Assembly: GCF_021869535.1 (NCBI RefSeq)
Contig: NW_026262581.1
Span: forward strand, 132,990,001 to 133,054,000
Length of the DNA: 64,000 nucleotides
Direction of reading: 5' to 3'
From: Mytilus californianus
Lineage: Eukaryota
The position numbers were made by a program, and so were the translations under genes. The stretch's first letter is position 1; each line of letters starts with the position of its first letter. The notes under the pieces are model-generated. The model was not told where the DNA came from. It ran no database searches and saw only the letters and a list, made by a program, of their open reading frames with translations. This document shows, in pieces, positions 13,401-24,431 of this stretch.

Positions 13401-16400
13401 TGAACATAAGATGTTCATATCATGTTTGATTTTTTAAACTAACAAAACAAAAATGACAGAGTTCTTTTTCTAAGAAAATATGTCATTTGCAGTAAGACCG
13501 GGGAAACGAGTACTTTCCTAAAACGCTGTACATTGATCATTCATCTCATTTACATTAATTTCCCTTGCTATGAAAGTATTATTATTTATAAAAGAAAAAT
13601 CAATACAATATATTTTGTAAACACTGGAGTAATTACCTTTAACTGACCAGGTACAGGTGAATGTAATTACTATAAAACATTTACCTCTCCACTGGGCATG
13701 CTCAGTCACTTACTATATATTATAGTAAGCCACATGTATCTCATTCATACTGTGTAAGTGATCATTATGATAAAAGCCGACAAATACTTAAGTTTAATTC
13801 GGATGTTATACTACGAAAAATATATTGACGCATTTTAAAGAAACTGTGCATTTGTGAAAATTGAATAAGGACATTACAGGGAATTACAGAGAGATAGAAA
13901 GACATTTGTTAGTGACTATAATAAATCACTATGGTACTAATGCATTCTGTATTAACACTATCTAGTTATGTACATTCTGAAGGAATGAAATATAAATCAA
14001 AACTCATTCAGGAATCATGTAAGTAACATTAGTACAAATTTAATTTTCAGCCTAGGACTTTTTTTTTATTTTACTTGTTGTAAAGCATTTTGTTGTGTTT
14101 TGTCTTATGAGCAGAAGCTAAGATAGAAGACAAATGGTATATGTTGTCAGTAGTACTACTAAATTTCTGAATATTAACGAATTTATTTGAATGAATAATG
14201 TTGCTTTTATGTAATAACTGCTTCGGTAAAAGGAAATAAGGCAAGTGTTTTGATCCTAACTACAATAGGTCTTGGAACTGGTAGGACTAAATGGTAGCTT
14301 ATATCATGCTATTTTATAATATATAAGGGAAAGGTGTACCAAATAGTCACTGCTTATATAATGCTATTTCATAATAGATAAGGTGTACCAAATAGTCACT
14401 GAGTTTGTTTTTAAGCTACATTTTTGCCAATTACTTCTTTTTTTTATAAGATCGTTCTGAACATGCATGAAATATTTGCCACTGCCTGGACATTAAGCAA
14501 CCAACAATCAATTAATCTATTTATTAGAATATAATGAAAGTGGGGGGTTATGATTGTGGAAAAAGTAATAAAACTGGACAATTTTTTAAAATATAAATTG
14601 AGGTTGTAGCTTTCATTGAAGAGAATAAAACCTGGACATTTGGATTTACTCTCTATGTTGAGGTTCTTGTGCTTAACATTATATTATAGCTATACAATAG
14701 ATAACCATCAGTGTATTTGTTCCCCCCAAAAAACATTATATTATAGCTATACAATAGATAACCATCAGTGTATTTGTTCCCCCAAAAAAACATTATATTA
14801 TAGCTATACAATAGGTAACCATCAGTGTATTTGTTCCCCCAAAAAAGAAACATGGATTCAAATATACTTGCAAATTAAAATATACTGGAACACTTTATTG
14901 TCTGTAGAAGTATAGGTATACAAGATACTGGAACACTTTATTGTCTGTAGAAGTATAGGTATACAAGATACTGGAACACTTTATTGTCTGTAGAAGTATA
15001 GGTATACAAGATACTGGAACACTTTATTGTCTGTAGAAGTAGAAGAAAAGGCTTCAAAACTTTTGATTTATAATATTGCATTAGGTCATGAGGTTGGAAA
15101 ACTGTTCTTAATGACATTGTTGTTGATCTGGTGAGATTAATCGTCAAGAAGAAAAGTGTGATTGACGTAGGACCAAGTAAATAACAGGAAGCTGTAGACC
15201 ATCGTTATTGATTTCAGTTGACGGATGACACTGTGGTGTTGATAGTCCATGGATTATTTTCAAAGTTTTATCTGATTTCAAATTTCAGGTCACTATATTA
15301 AGGTCTGGAGGAAAATGAGCAAAACCCATATTGTAAAAGTAAGCTATAAAAGGCCTTGGGTTGACAAAATGTGAACTAGATCAAAAGAGTTGATTATGAA
15401 ATACTTTAAAATAGAAAAAAAATATTTTTGATAGTGATAGTTGCAGTTTTTATTTTGTTTACATATTGTTGCATAAACTGAACTGCACAAAATGGAATGA
15501 TTTAAAGCTGTCATGATGAACATGAATATCATGCTGAAACATCAGTTGTTAAAAATGTTGTCTTATTATAACAGAAACCTTTGTTAAGTTTGCCTTTAAA
15601 TGACTTCTACATGCTTGTCACACAGTACAATGTATGTGTAATCTTATTAGCGGGAATACTATTGATAAGTCATGGTTAATTTAGAGGGAAATTTGTTAAT
15701 ATAGGGGTGAAATAGATAAAGACCAGTTTACTTAGCTGGCAAAGACTGGATCTACAGTCCAGAATTTAGGACATGTTAATGTGGTAATGCTTTCACTCAC
15801 ACAAAGGGAATAAAGCCTTTAATTATGATACCTTTATTTAGAGGTTAATTTATTAAAATAGGAGCCCCAGTTTCATAAGCTGGCAAAAACTTGATTGAAA
15901 GTCCAGAAATTAGTACATAAAATCCAATGCTTTTACTCACACAAGGAAATATGAATGCAAAACAATGAAAGTCTTTAATGATGATACCTTATGTAAGGTC
16001 AAAATATGTTACATAACTTATAACAATAAATAAAAGAACTACTAATTTCAGTTATCACAATTCAGAAGGGAAAAACCCATTCTGTATTGTATATATAGGA
16101 ACAAGTTTGTATCTAAGTACTGTCACAGTAGGGAAAGAAGCTGAAAAACAAAGAGAACAAATATGAAATATTGCCTATCGACTACATATATTGAATAAAT
16201 ATGAACAGAAATCAATCACAAGATGAATTTTTGTAGATCAAATAATAAATAGATTTATAAATGTTGTATTTCATACCAGTTTGTATTACCATAAAGAGTA
16301 TTATTGGTCTGTTGATGGGCTTTTGTTTCTTTAGCTCTCAATTTTTGGCATAGAAAAGTTTTAAATAAACTGAACTACGTTCATCAATTTGTTGAATGAA

Positions 16401-19400
16401 ACAGGGCTGTGTCTACAAATTACGTGTAGTATTATGTATATCTTACAACAGTGATTCATCTTTTTTGTCTTCGTTTATTGTATTAGTTACACAGCTTTCA
16501 GTTGTAAAATGCACAGAATTAATGCATGAAAACAAGTATTAAGTTGTAAAATTGTGACTTTTCTGTGCTAACTAAGTTTTTGAAAGAACATCTCCATCTG
16601 TTGACATTTAGAGGTGTCGACAGGAAACATAAAGACAGGTAATTTAATGAGGTTACAAATAAATTACATGTACAACATAGAAATCAACGAGGATGAAACA
16701 TAAGCGGACTTATAATATATGTACAGGAAATGGATTAAACTGCTGACATAAATGTCTCTTGTTACCAGCAAGTTTAACCACCTTATCTGCAGTACTCACT
16801 ATTTACGTGGAAAAAAGTGGGTAGTAAAAAAAGTGTTAGTTTTAAACAAAACTACTTTACAAATCAGATATCCCTGATCCTTTTTTATTCCTTTCTATAC
16901 TGAGAAGGCTAATGTATTTTCATATTTAATAAAGAGAACAATAATCAAACTAATCAATAAAATATCCTAGTTTAAGAGGTAAACAATAAAAGAAAAAAAA
17001 ACAAATTGTGTCATCTATATATTCCTATGCCAAGAAGGAAACTGTTACACATTTGTTTTGGCATAAAAATGTCGGCTTTTCATATAAAACTGTGCATAGA
17101 AATTTCATTAAATAAAATTCTAGTTCATGATGGTAGTAAATTTACTATATATAAACTTCATATCGACATTAATGCAAGGTAAAAATGTAAGCCAACATAA
17201 ATTTGACATGGGAATCTTTACCTCCTGCAGTATTAATGTATTTTATGATGGTAAAATTGAGGGAGACCAAAACAAATACTTGGCAAAGTCTTATTGTTGG
17301 TATGATCCTGGCAGATTGAATAGGACTTAATGAATACTTCTCAGGATAATAGATAGAAGATTCATTTCTCCTGCCATGTAAACAATGTAAAATTGGTCAT
17401 GAAAATGTCACCTTAACAGACGACAAGGCGACAGCTGAGAAATGCTACCATAAAGTAAAAAATATAATCCTAAAATAGTATGAAGGACACACATTTTTTT
17501 ACCTTGCAAAATAAAGTGATTTAGAAAGCAAATAAAATTTCAAGATAGCAAAGTCAGTAATGAGATGACTATATTTTCTACACCTTCATAGATTTTAAAT
17601 GTTATTTGTTTATCTGATAGAGAACTTCCTCTGTTACAGATAAGCAGCAAGAACTTGATTTACCAACAGTTAAAGTAGATGAACCTCAAGTCAAAAGGAA
17701 AGAAGAAGAACCACAGAAAGACTCAAAGAAGAGTCCTATGACCCAGATAATTGGTGTTCGCAAAATGAAACATGCGAACAGTTTTACTGGAATTGTACCT
17801 AAATATGGCGTAGAACCAACTAATGCTGACCTTTTGGCACAGGTATGTATATACTACTTTGGAAAAAAAAAACAATGCAAAATTTTTACTCTAGAAAAAA
17901 TCAAAACTTCAACTTTATATGATTCATTGTAATGAGTTTTAGTTGCTACTAATTAAAATGAACCCAATCTTATAAAAACATATGATAATTATACTATTAG
18001 AAGTGAAATTTGAATTTATTGCAACATGTGTTATATCTATTGAATTATTGTATTATGAAATTAGTTCTACTTGGTAATAAAAATAATACTTCTTATTGTG
18101 GCAACATTTGTGAGGAATAAATATAGCATATTGATATCACATATATAACAGAGTATTGGTCTTAAAATGTAGTGCCAAGGTCGAGGACAATTGCTGAAGG
18201 TCATACATGAGTCAATATACTTTGTAACAAAAGAAATGACTATTTTATTTTAAATGTCTGTGTATATAAGTATTAAGTATAAAGCCTGAAGTAAAAGTGA
18301 AATTTGATTTGTCTGTGTCAATGGGTCCCGTAGGTAAATCAAATATATGTGATGACGTTAATACTGACCCAGTTAACTACAGTTAAATACTTGCAGTATT
18401 CATAACATAATTTGTTAATTACTCTTAAATCTTAAAATCAATATGGAAGGTTAAATCATATTGCTGTATAAGTCACTTCTATCAAATTTCCCCGATACTT
18501 ACTTCAGTCAATATTTGCATTGGAAACCCAGTATTGCACATCTTGGTAACTTGGTTAATTAGGAATAAAATGCAGCAGGTTACGACTGGTTGTCATTTGA
18601 TGGTTGAGTCTGTCTCATTATTTCAATAATTACCTATTCAACAGTTCTGTCCAATAAAAAATATAAGAATTTTAAGTTTTAGCAATAAAAAGTAAAAGTA
18701 CATATTTATATTTTCAGACTTTAACTGATATTAATAAATGGGGTGCTGATGTGTTTAAAATTGCTGAATACTCTGGGAATCGACCTCTAACCTGTGTTAC
18801 TTACAAAATATTTCAGGTAGGTTAATACTCTGGTCAGATCTGACCTCTAACTTATATACCATAATTTTTATTACTCATAGTATTGTTACAAGCTTGCATA
18901 AAAATCTTGTTACATTTTAGATATGTGTTGAAATAGTCTGGGCTAGGATTGCTATAGTAAGTGCCTTTAGGTATCAGCTGTTATTATATACAGTTGTATA
19001 ATAAAATTCCTTGATGATGATTTCAGTCTATCTGGTTAACCTGTATCTAATGTTTGTAGTGACTTATTATTGTTGACGTCAGTTTCCATTGTCTTCAGTT
19101 TCCCTCGGTATTAACTTGTGATTCTGCTGCTGTACATATATCCCCTTAGATAATTAAACTTTATGAATGAATCACAATTTTAAATACATGCCAAGAAGCT
19201 TGGCAGCTTTTGTAAGATTTCATGAATTAATGTTTTAAAATTTGGCAGTTTTTCCAATAGAAATTAAAGATGTGTGAGGAATGATAGAACCAAACTCAAG
19301 TCATCAGATAAGAAATCACAAAAATCCATGTTATGTCAAAAATTTGTTTTAAAATCTTCCAACAAAATTATTATCAAAAGATATTCCATTAATATCAAAA

Positions 19401-22400
19401 TATATTGAATTATACAAATGAGCGGAACTTGCTCATTAAGGAGGCTTTTTAATTTAAGATAAAGAACAGCAGTAGAGCACTGTTCATTTTGTTTTCTGGG
19501 AATTCATGTAATTATATGTTAAGTGTATTTTCTATTGGAAAATCCATTTTTTTAACCTTAATATTATATCAAAAACAAAAATATGATGAAAATTAATAAA
19601 AAGATAGAACTTGTAATAGATTAGGTTATTGGCTTCTGTCTGAAACTAGTTGATAACCATGTAAGATTACAAGATAAGACAAACCCTAAATGATAAAATG
19701 ACAAGGTACCAAAAGTGCTAATGAATAATTAATGTTTATACAAGATGGCATGGAAAAGAGATTTTTTTTAAACCTTTACATCCCTTCAGTAATTTGAATA
19801 AGGCTTGGTGTAGAAACATTAGGATAGATCATATGATCCTGTTTACTGACGTCACTATATTGATCTGCTATCACTATTAGTGACCAGAAAGTTAGTGATT
19901 TTGGCATAACCAGCGGAGTCACTTAGTACCTGAGGAAATATCATGCTGTAATGACAGCCTGTACTCTCTTATCACTAATTGACATATCATAAATTCAAAC
20001 AATAATTTATACAAGATCATCATGTTTTGGTAATAAGCCATGAGGAATTTTACATTTCATCATATGGTTTCTTGTAATATGTGGTCACGATTTTTCACAC
20101 TTTAATAGTACATTGCCTTCTATGAAAACGATGAGTAAAAAAAACAATAAAACCAAATCATTTTCTCTTTCTAGAGTACAATTTAGTGCTGTAAATCATT
20201 TACTCTTTCTAGAGTACAATTTAGCTTCCAAGAAGGCGTAGACATGACTTAAATATATAATTAATATATGATACTTTGATAGGTTTCACACCAAAAATGA
20301 TTTTATCATTGTCAGATAGAATACATGATAATTGGAAATAAAAGACGTGCTGTAGGGATGGATGTCATTGACACTTTGGTTATATACCATAATATCTGTT
20401 ATAATACCTTGGTTGTTGACCACCATGACTGCACACAAATACTTTGAGTATTAACAGCTCTTATTTGCCAGATTAGATTTTAACACATTTTGAGTGTTAT
20501 AGTTCTTATTGGTGTGAATAAATTTTAATGTGTTGTTAGTATTATTGTTTTTTAGATTATTTAATTTAAGTTCAATAAACTTCATCAAATTGATAGTATA
20601 AAACAATGACCTTTAACTCACAAATATAATATTTTTGCAGGAACGAGACTTACTAAGTATGTTTAAGATTCCTGCTACCACACTGTTGAACTACCTGATG
20701 CATTTAGAAGATCACTATCACCGTGACAACCCATATCATAATTCTACACATGCTGCTGATGTCACACAATCTACACATGTGTTATTGTCATCACAGGCAT
20801 TAGAGGTAAATATTATTCATCGATCGTTTTCTTATTTTCTGATCGAGTAACACATTTATTTGGGATCATCGTTTAATTTAGAGGTCTTACTTTGATATCA
20901 TGGTACTCAAATAAGCAGGCAAGATGTTCAGGACACACTGCATGTTTGATCTTTCACTCTTTTTTTTTTTTAAATTTTTCTTTAGTTTTATTCAAACACT
21001 AAAGTTCGTGCCATACCAACCTATATTATGACATCAAATCTGGACATTTGTCATGTACAGTAAACATATGAAATTATAATAACACTATGTGAGGTAATAT
21101 ATTTGTCATCATAAGTTTACATCAAATAAATTGTAGGTAACTGACCAAATTAAATCCTTGCTGCCTTTCTGGTACACTGCCTTAAGCCTTGGCTAGCTAA
21201 AGTTGTTGAACTTTATAATAGATAAACCTTCATTATAAAATTTCACCAGGTAAAAAACATTGATAGACCAATGAACCTGTTTTTATACATAGCTACACTG
21301 AAGAAGACTTAACAGTAATTAATATTTTGATATTCCGTTTGGTGTATATATGAGTATAATTTTTGTCACATGTCATTAGTAAGTTTCTTTGTTTTCAGAG
21401 TGTGTTCACTGATCTTGAAGTTTTAGCGGCCATTTTTGCAAGTGCTATACATGACGTTGATCATCCTGGTCTTACAAATCAGTATTTAGTTCACACAGGT
21501 AAGAACAATGGTCTTGGTGTCCACTCTTCTTTTCTAGTAGTAACTTCAGAGGATGATAAACATTTGTATTAATAATTTATGGTCTCATTTCTAACTTGTG
21601 ACATGAACATTCATGGTAATAAAAGATGCTTTCATTTTGCTAAATTATTTAAGACTACATATGTGCAAATCACAAATGGTTTCAATATTCAGAAGTAAGT
21701 CCATGTGTACTAACTATTACACTGGGAACCACCTCATTCAAATAGTGATTGAAAGAAAGAATGCTTAAATAAACAGAAATAAACATCCAGCCAAACACGG
21801 ACCATAAAGATTCAACTCTCACAGACACAACACATCAAATTACCATTTCAAAGTACATTTTTTGTTTGCTGTCAACCGATTTTCTAGTTATTTATTTACA
21901 TCATTATAGATGAGTTCATATATCAATCATTTTTAGTTCAGTTGTACTTTGTATTGATTATTTTACTACTTGCGTAAAGAAGTTGGGATTAATATGTAAA
22001 ATAAATTCTCTGATGTCATAGTTTTCATTTAAGAAAGATTTATATAAGCTTTTAATATACTTTGAGTGTAAATTATATGATGATACAAAGAATAATTCTA
22101 TTTAAATTTTTCAATATTACGTCACAATTTAATTTTTTATCATTAGAAGATTAGAAAATAAAATTTGATTAAATGCAAAAAAAAGCACTATGAATTGGAT
22201 AAGAACACAAAATGATAAAAAAAAAGAATGTTTGGCCGTATACAACCAAAATAAAAAGGTAAAAGTACAGAAAAAATTGGGTAAAAGAGACAAATGTAAT
22301 ACAGGATAAGATACATGCTATCATGACAGATAATTATTTATATTTCATTATTAGGAAAGGTATTATATTTGTATTTAAAAGGCCTTAGTAAAAAAATGTT

Positions 22401-24431
22401 TGAATGGTTTTTGTCTCCCTGTAAGTGTTTCAGTTTTACATTTATATACATCTATATATTTTAGGGTCAGAGCTAGCACTGATGTATAACGATGAGTCTG
22501 TTTTAGAAAACCATCACCTCGCTGTAGCATTCAAACTTTTACAAGAAGACAATTGTAACATTTTCGTCAATTTAAGTGATAAACAACGTCAGACTTTAAG
22601 AAAAATGGTAATCGATATGGTGTTAGCTACGGACATGTCAAAACACATGAGTTTATTAGCCGACTTGAAAACAATGGTAGAAACAAAAAAAGTGGCAGGA
22701 TCGGGTGTGCTTATGTTGGATAATTATACAGATAAAATACAGGTAAATAAAACTGTTAGTGACTGTATCGAAGACCAGTTTTATCCAGTCACACCCATTA
22801 AAAACAGAATCATGAAATCTAAGAAGTTGGTGTCCAGGGAACTCAGTCTAATGAATCAAGTGCTGAAATAACTATCTTTATGTAATTCATGTATTGTATG
22901 ATTATAACACATTAAGTCCTAAATGAATGTTAACTCCTTTAAGACGGAATATCTCATACCTAAAAATGTAAAGATCATATTAGGACAATTTATATTATGA
23001 TTGATTGATTGTTGGTTGTTTAACTTCCATTGGCAAATATTTCATGTATATGTTAATCTTTAATCTAAAACATCTTACGTTCATAAAAAGAAAGTAAATT
23101 GTTCTCTATGTAGTAAGTGGAGTTACAGAATGCACTAGAAGCCAATGTTTAACACAGTTTGGACAGTGTTTTCATTATCTGCTTGATGTCATGTGACTTG
23201 ATTATACAAGTTTTATAACAACTGTTCTGTGCATGTCCTGATTTCTGTGAATTATTTAATGTTAGTACAGGGATTCAGGCTCTTGTTTCTTCTGAGTTTT
23301 CAATAATATACAAGTCTTATGTAAACTGATACTGCTATGAATAATTGATTGATGATTTATACAACTGGAGATGACATTTTCTGAAGAAAACATTAAATTT
23401 TTTTTTTTTCACTTTATCTGAATCATAAATTTTAATGTTTTTTTTTTTAAGTTTGACACAAAAAAATTAAAACAAAAAACATTTCTTAAATAGTTATGCA
23501 TGTACAACCAAAAGTTTGATAGTAACTTCTGATAGTACAGAAAGTAAACTTCTATGGAACTTTTATAAACTAAAATTTTTATTTTTAGGTGTTACAAAAT
23601 ATGGTCCATTGTTCAGATCTTAGTAACCCCACCAAACCAATTGAGATTTACAAGAAATCAGTTGATCGACTGATGGAAGAATTCTTCCAGCAAGGAGATA
23701 AAGAAAGAGAACGTGGTATGGATATTAGTCCGATGTGTGACCGACATAATGCCACGATAGAAAAGTCACAGGTAACAAATCTTTTAATCTATTGTTTATC
23801 ACGTAATTACTATGAAATAAATATTTGCAGTACAAAAACTTATAATTGTTTGATTGTTGTTGCTATGCAATAGGAAATTTATGCATATTCATAATTAAAT
23901 GAAATTTTGGCTTATTTCAAGTGCATGAAGTGAAGAGAATTTTCTGTGTCTGTAACATGAACATTAAAGCTACATGGATCATCATGTTGTACAGTATATA
24001 CCTAAACAAACCAGGATTAACTGTAAAAAAAAAAAATTAACAGATGGCAAGTAAGAAAAATGACAATTGAAAAAAGTTTGGTCTTAAGTTAAAAAATAAA
24101 TTTGTATTTGTAATCATTTGCCACTGATGTTACACATATATAATTTTATGATTGACAGGTTGGTTTTATAGACTATATAGTGCACCCTTTGTGGGAGACA
24201 TGGGCAGATTTAGTGTTTCCCGATGCTCAAGAAATATTAGACACTTTAGAGGACAATAGAGATTGGTATCAAAGCATGATTCCAGTCAGTCCGTCAGCAA
24301 GTTTCTCAACACGGAAACGTAACTCAGATAAAGAAGAGGAAACAAAATTTCAGTTTGATATGGACGAAGTTAAAGACAATAATTGTGATAGTGCTCAGAC
24401 TTTAAAAGTTTCTACGCCAAAGACGCATTAG
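1405..24431 (+). CDS. PDE4: cAMP-specific 3',5'-cyclic phosphodiesterase 4 (dunce-like), 5'-partial; join(1405-1498,17640-17842,18718-18816,20641-20805,21399-21498,22465-22742,23589-23771,24159-24431)
   Basis: Eight GT-AG exons splice in frame (1395 nt, 464 aa plus stop). They encode the UCR2 motif [11 protein letters not shown], the PDEase motifs [47 protein letters not shown] and EKSQ|[15 protein letters not shown]. Upstream exons (UCR1 and UCR2 N-half) were not found in the window. Confidence 0.96.
2040..2592. repeat. 57-bp minisatellite, ~10 copies (some with a 7-bp deletion)
   Basis: Unit GTTAACACAGAGCATAGGACAGAGTTAACTGTGTTACACAAAATGTATGAGAGGATC. Confidence 0.96.
4813..4970. mobile_element. 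158-bp MITE nested in a dispersed repeat
   Basis: Imperfect 16-bp TIRs (CAGAGGCGGATTCAGG / CCTGGATCCCTCACTG), flanked by TAAAC on both sides. A related right end, GGATCCGCCACTG, is at 60849-60861. Confidence 0.6.
4971..5348 (-). repeat. dispersed repeat (mussel-type abundant element)
   Basis: GC-richer block ending ...CACATTCCCCATTTCCATTCTCAATTTTATT; recognised from recall of Mytilus repeats only. Confidence 0.45.
5405..5866. repeat. 42-bp minisatellite, ~11 copies
   Basis: Unit TACTGGAATGTTCAGAGATCCTAGCACTCTCTGAAGAGTATT; gives 14-aa periodic spurious ORFs. Confidence 0.96.
9690..10260. repeat. degenerate ~37-bp tandem repeat
   Basis: Recurring TTTAGTCCTCTAGGTGTTTATTTTATGACTATATGGTG-like units. 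Confidence 0.8.
10269..11475 (-). mobile_element. Helentron-associated non-autonomous (HINE-like) element with an internal ~148-bp satellite x7
   Basis: GACCTCATT repeats at 10461, 10616, 10762, 10913, 11055, 11202 and 11349. One end has a terminal hairpin (TGTTGAGCCTGCAACTTTTGTCGCAGAAAGTTCGACA, 10272-10309) and a GGC-type microsatellite; the other end is CTTGTT. Sits in a T-rich site. Confidence 0.68.
11476..12610. repeat. 51-bp minisatellite, ~22 copies, highly homogeneous
   Basis: Unit GTACAGTATCTGTTTTGTAACTTTTTAAATTTCTGATCTGTACCTATATTT; starts at 11477 and 11528. Confidence 0.97.
14455..14515 (+). repeat. short dispersed repeat (ATGCATGAAATATTTGCCACTG...TTAAGCAACCAACAATCAAT)
   Basis: Inverted copies at ~22998-23050 and ~60685-60732. 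Confidence 0.75.
14675..14846. repeat. 57-bp tandem repeat x3
   Basis: AACATTATATT... starts at 14675, 14732 and 14789. Confidence 0.93.
14882..15041. repeat. 43-bp tandem repeat, ~3.7 copies
   Basis: Unit ATACTGGAACACTTTATTGTCTGTAGAAGTATAGGTATACAAG. Confidence 0.93.
17640..17842 (+). CDS. PDE4: PDE4 exon (linker region, 203 bp)
   Basis: ttacag|AT AAG CAG...GCA CAG|gtatgt; encodes [16 protein letters not shown]...[35 protein letters not shown]; phase matches the previous exon. Confidence 0.9.
18718..18816 (+). CDS. PDE4: PDE4 exon (99 bp; absent from ORF track)
   Basis: tttcag|ACT TTA...TTT CAG|gtaggt; encodes [33 protein letters not shown]. Confidence 0.93.
19074..19081. promoter_or_regulatory. 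perfect CRE palindrome TGACGTCA in a PDE4 intron
   Basis: Exact 8-mer match; function inferred only. Confidence 0.3.
19847..19854. promoter_or_regulatory. second perfect CRE palindrome TGACGTCA in the same PDE4 intron
   Basis: Exact 8-mer match; function inferred only. Confidence 0.3.
20641..20805 (+). CDS. PDE4: PDE4 exon (165 bp)
   Basis: ttgcag|GAA CGA...TTA GAG|gtaaat; encodes [11 protein letters not shown]...[24 protein letters not shown]. Confidence 0.95.
21399..21498 (+). CDS. PDE4: PDE4 exon (100 bp)
   Basis: tttcag|AGT GTG...ACA G|gtaaga; encodes [33 protein letters not shown]. Confidence 0.95.
22465..22742 (+). CDS. PDE4: PDE4 exon (278 bp)
   Basis: ttttag|GG TCA GAG...ATA CAG|gtaaat; encodes [23 protein letters not shown]...VLATDMSKH...DNYTDKIQ. 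Confidence 0.95.
23589..23771 (+). CDS. PDE4: PDE4 exon (183 bp)
   Basis: ttttag|GTG TTA CAA...TCA CAG|gtaaca; encodes [16 protein letters not shown]...[18 protein letters not shown]. Confidence 0.95.
24159..24431 (+). CDS. PDE4: PDE4 terminal coding exon
   Basis: tgacag|GTT GGT TTT ATA GAC...CAT TAG; encodes [42 protein letters not shown]...KTH*. Confidence 0.95.
   Translation, partial: VGFIDYIVHPLWETWADLVFPDAQEILDTLEDNRDWYQSMIPVSPSASFSTRKRNSDKEEETKFQFDMDEVKDNNCDSAQTLKVSTPKTH

Noticed and set aside
1499-17639. Alternative PDE4 first exon or promoter in the 16-kb intron (e.g. motif-rich patches near 8160-8600 and 15140-15300)
   Set aside because: No splice-compatible ORF or decisive promoter signature could be supported by eye; needs CAGE or RNA-seq.
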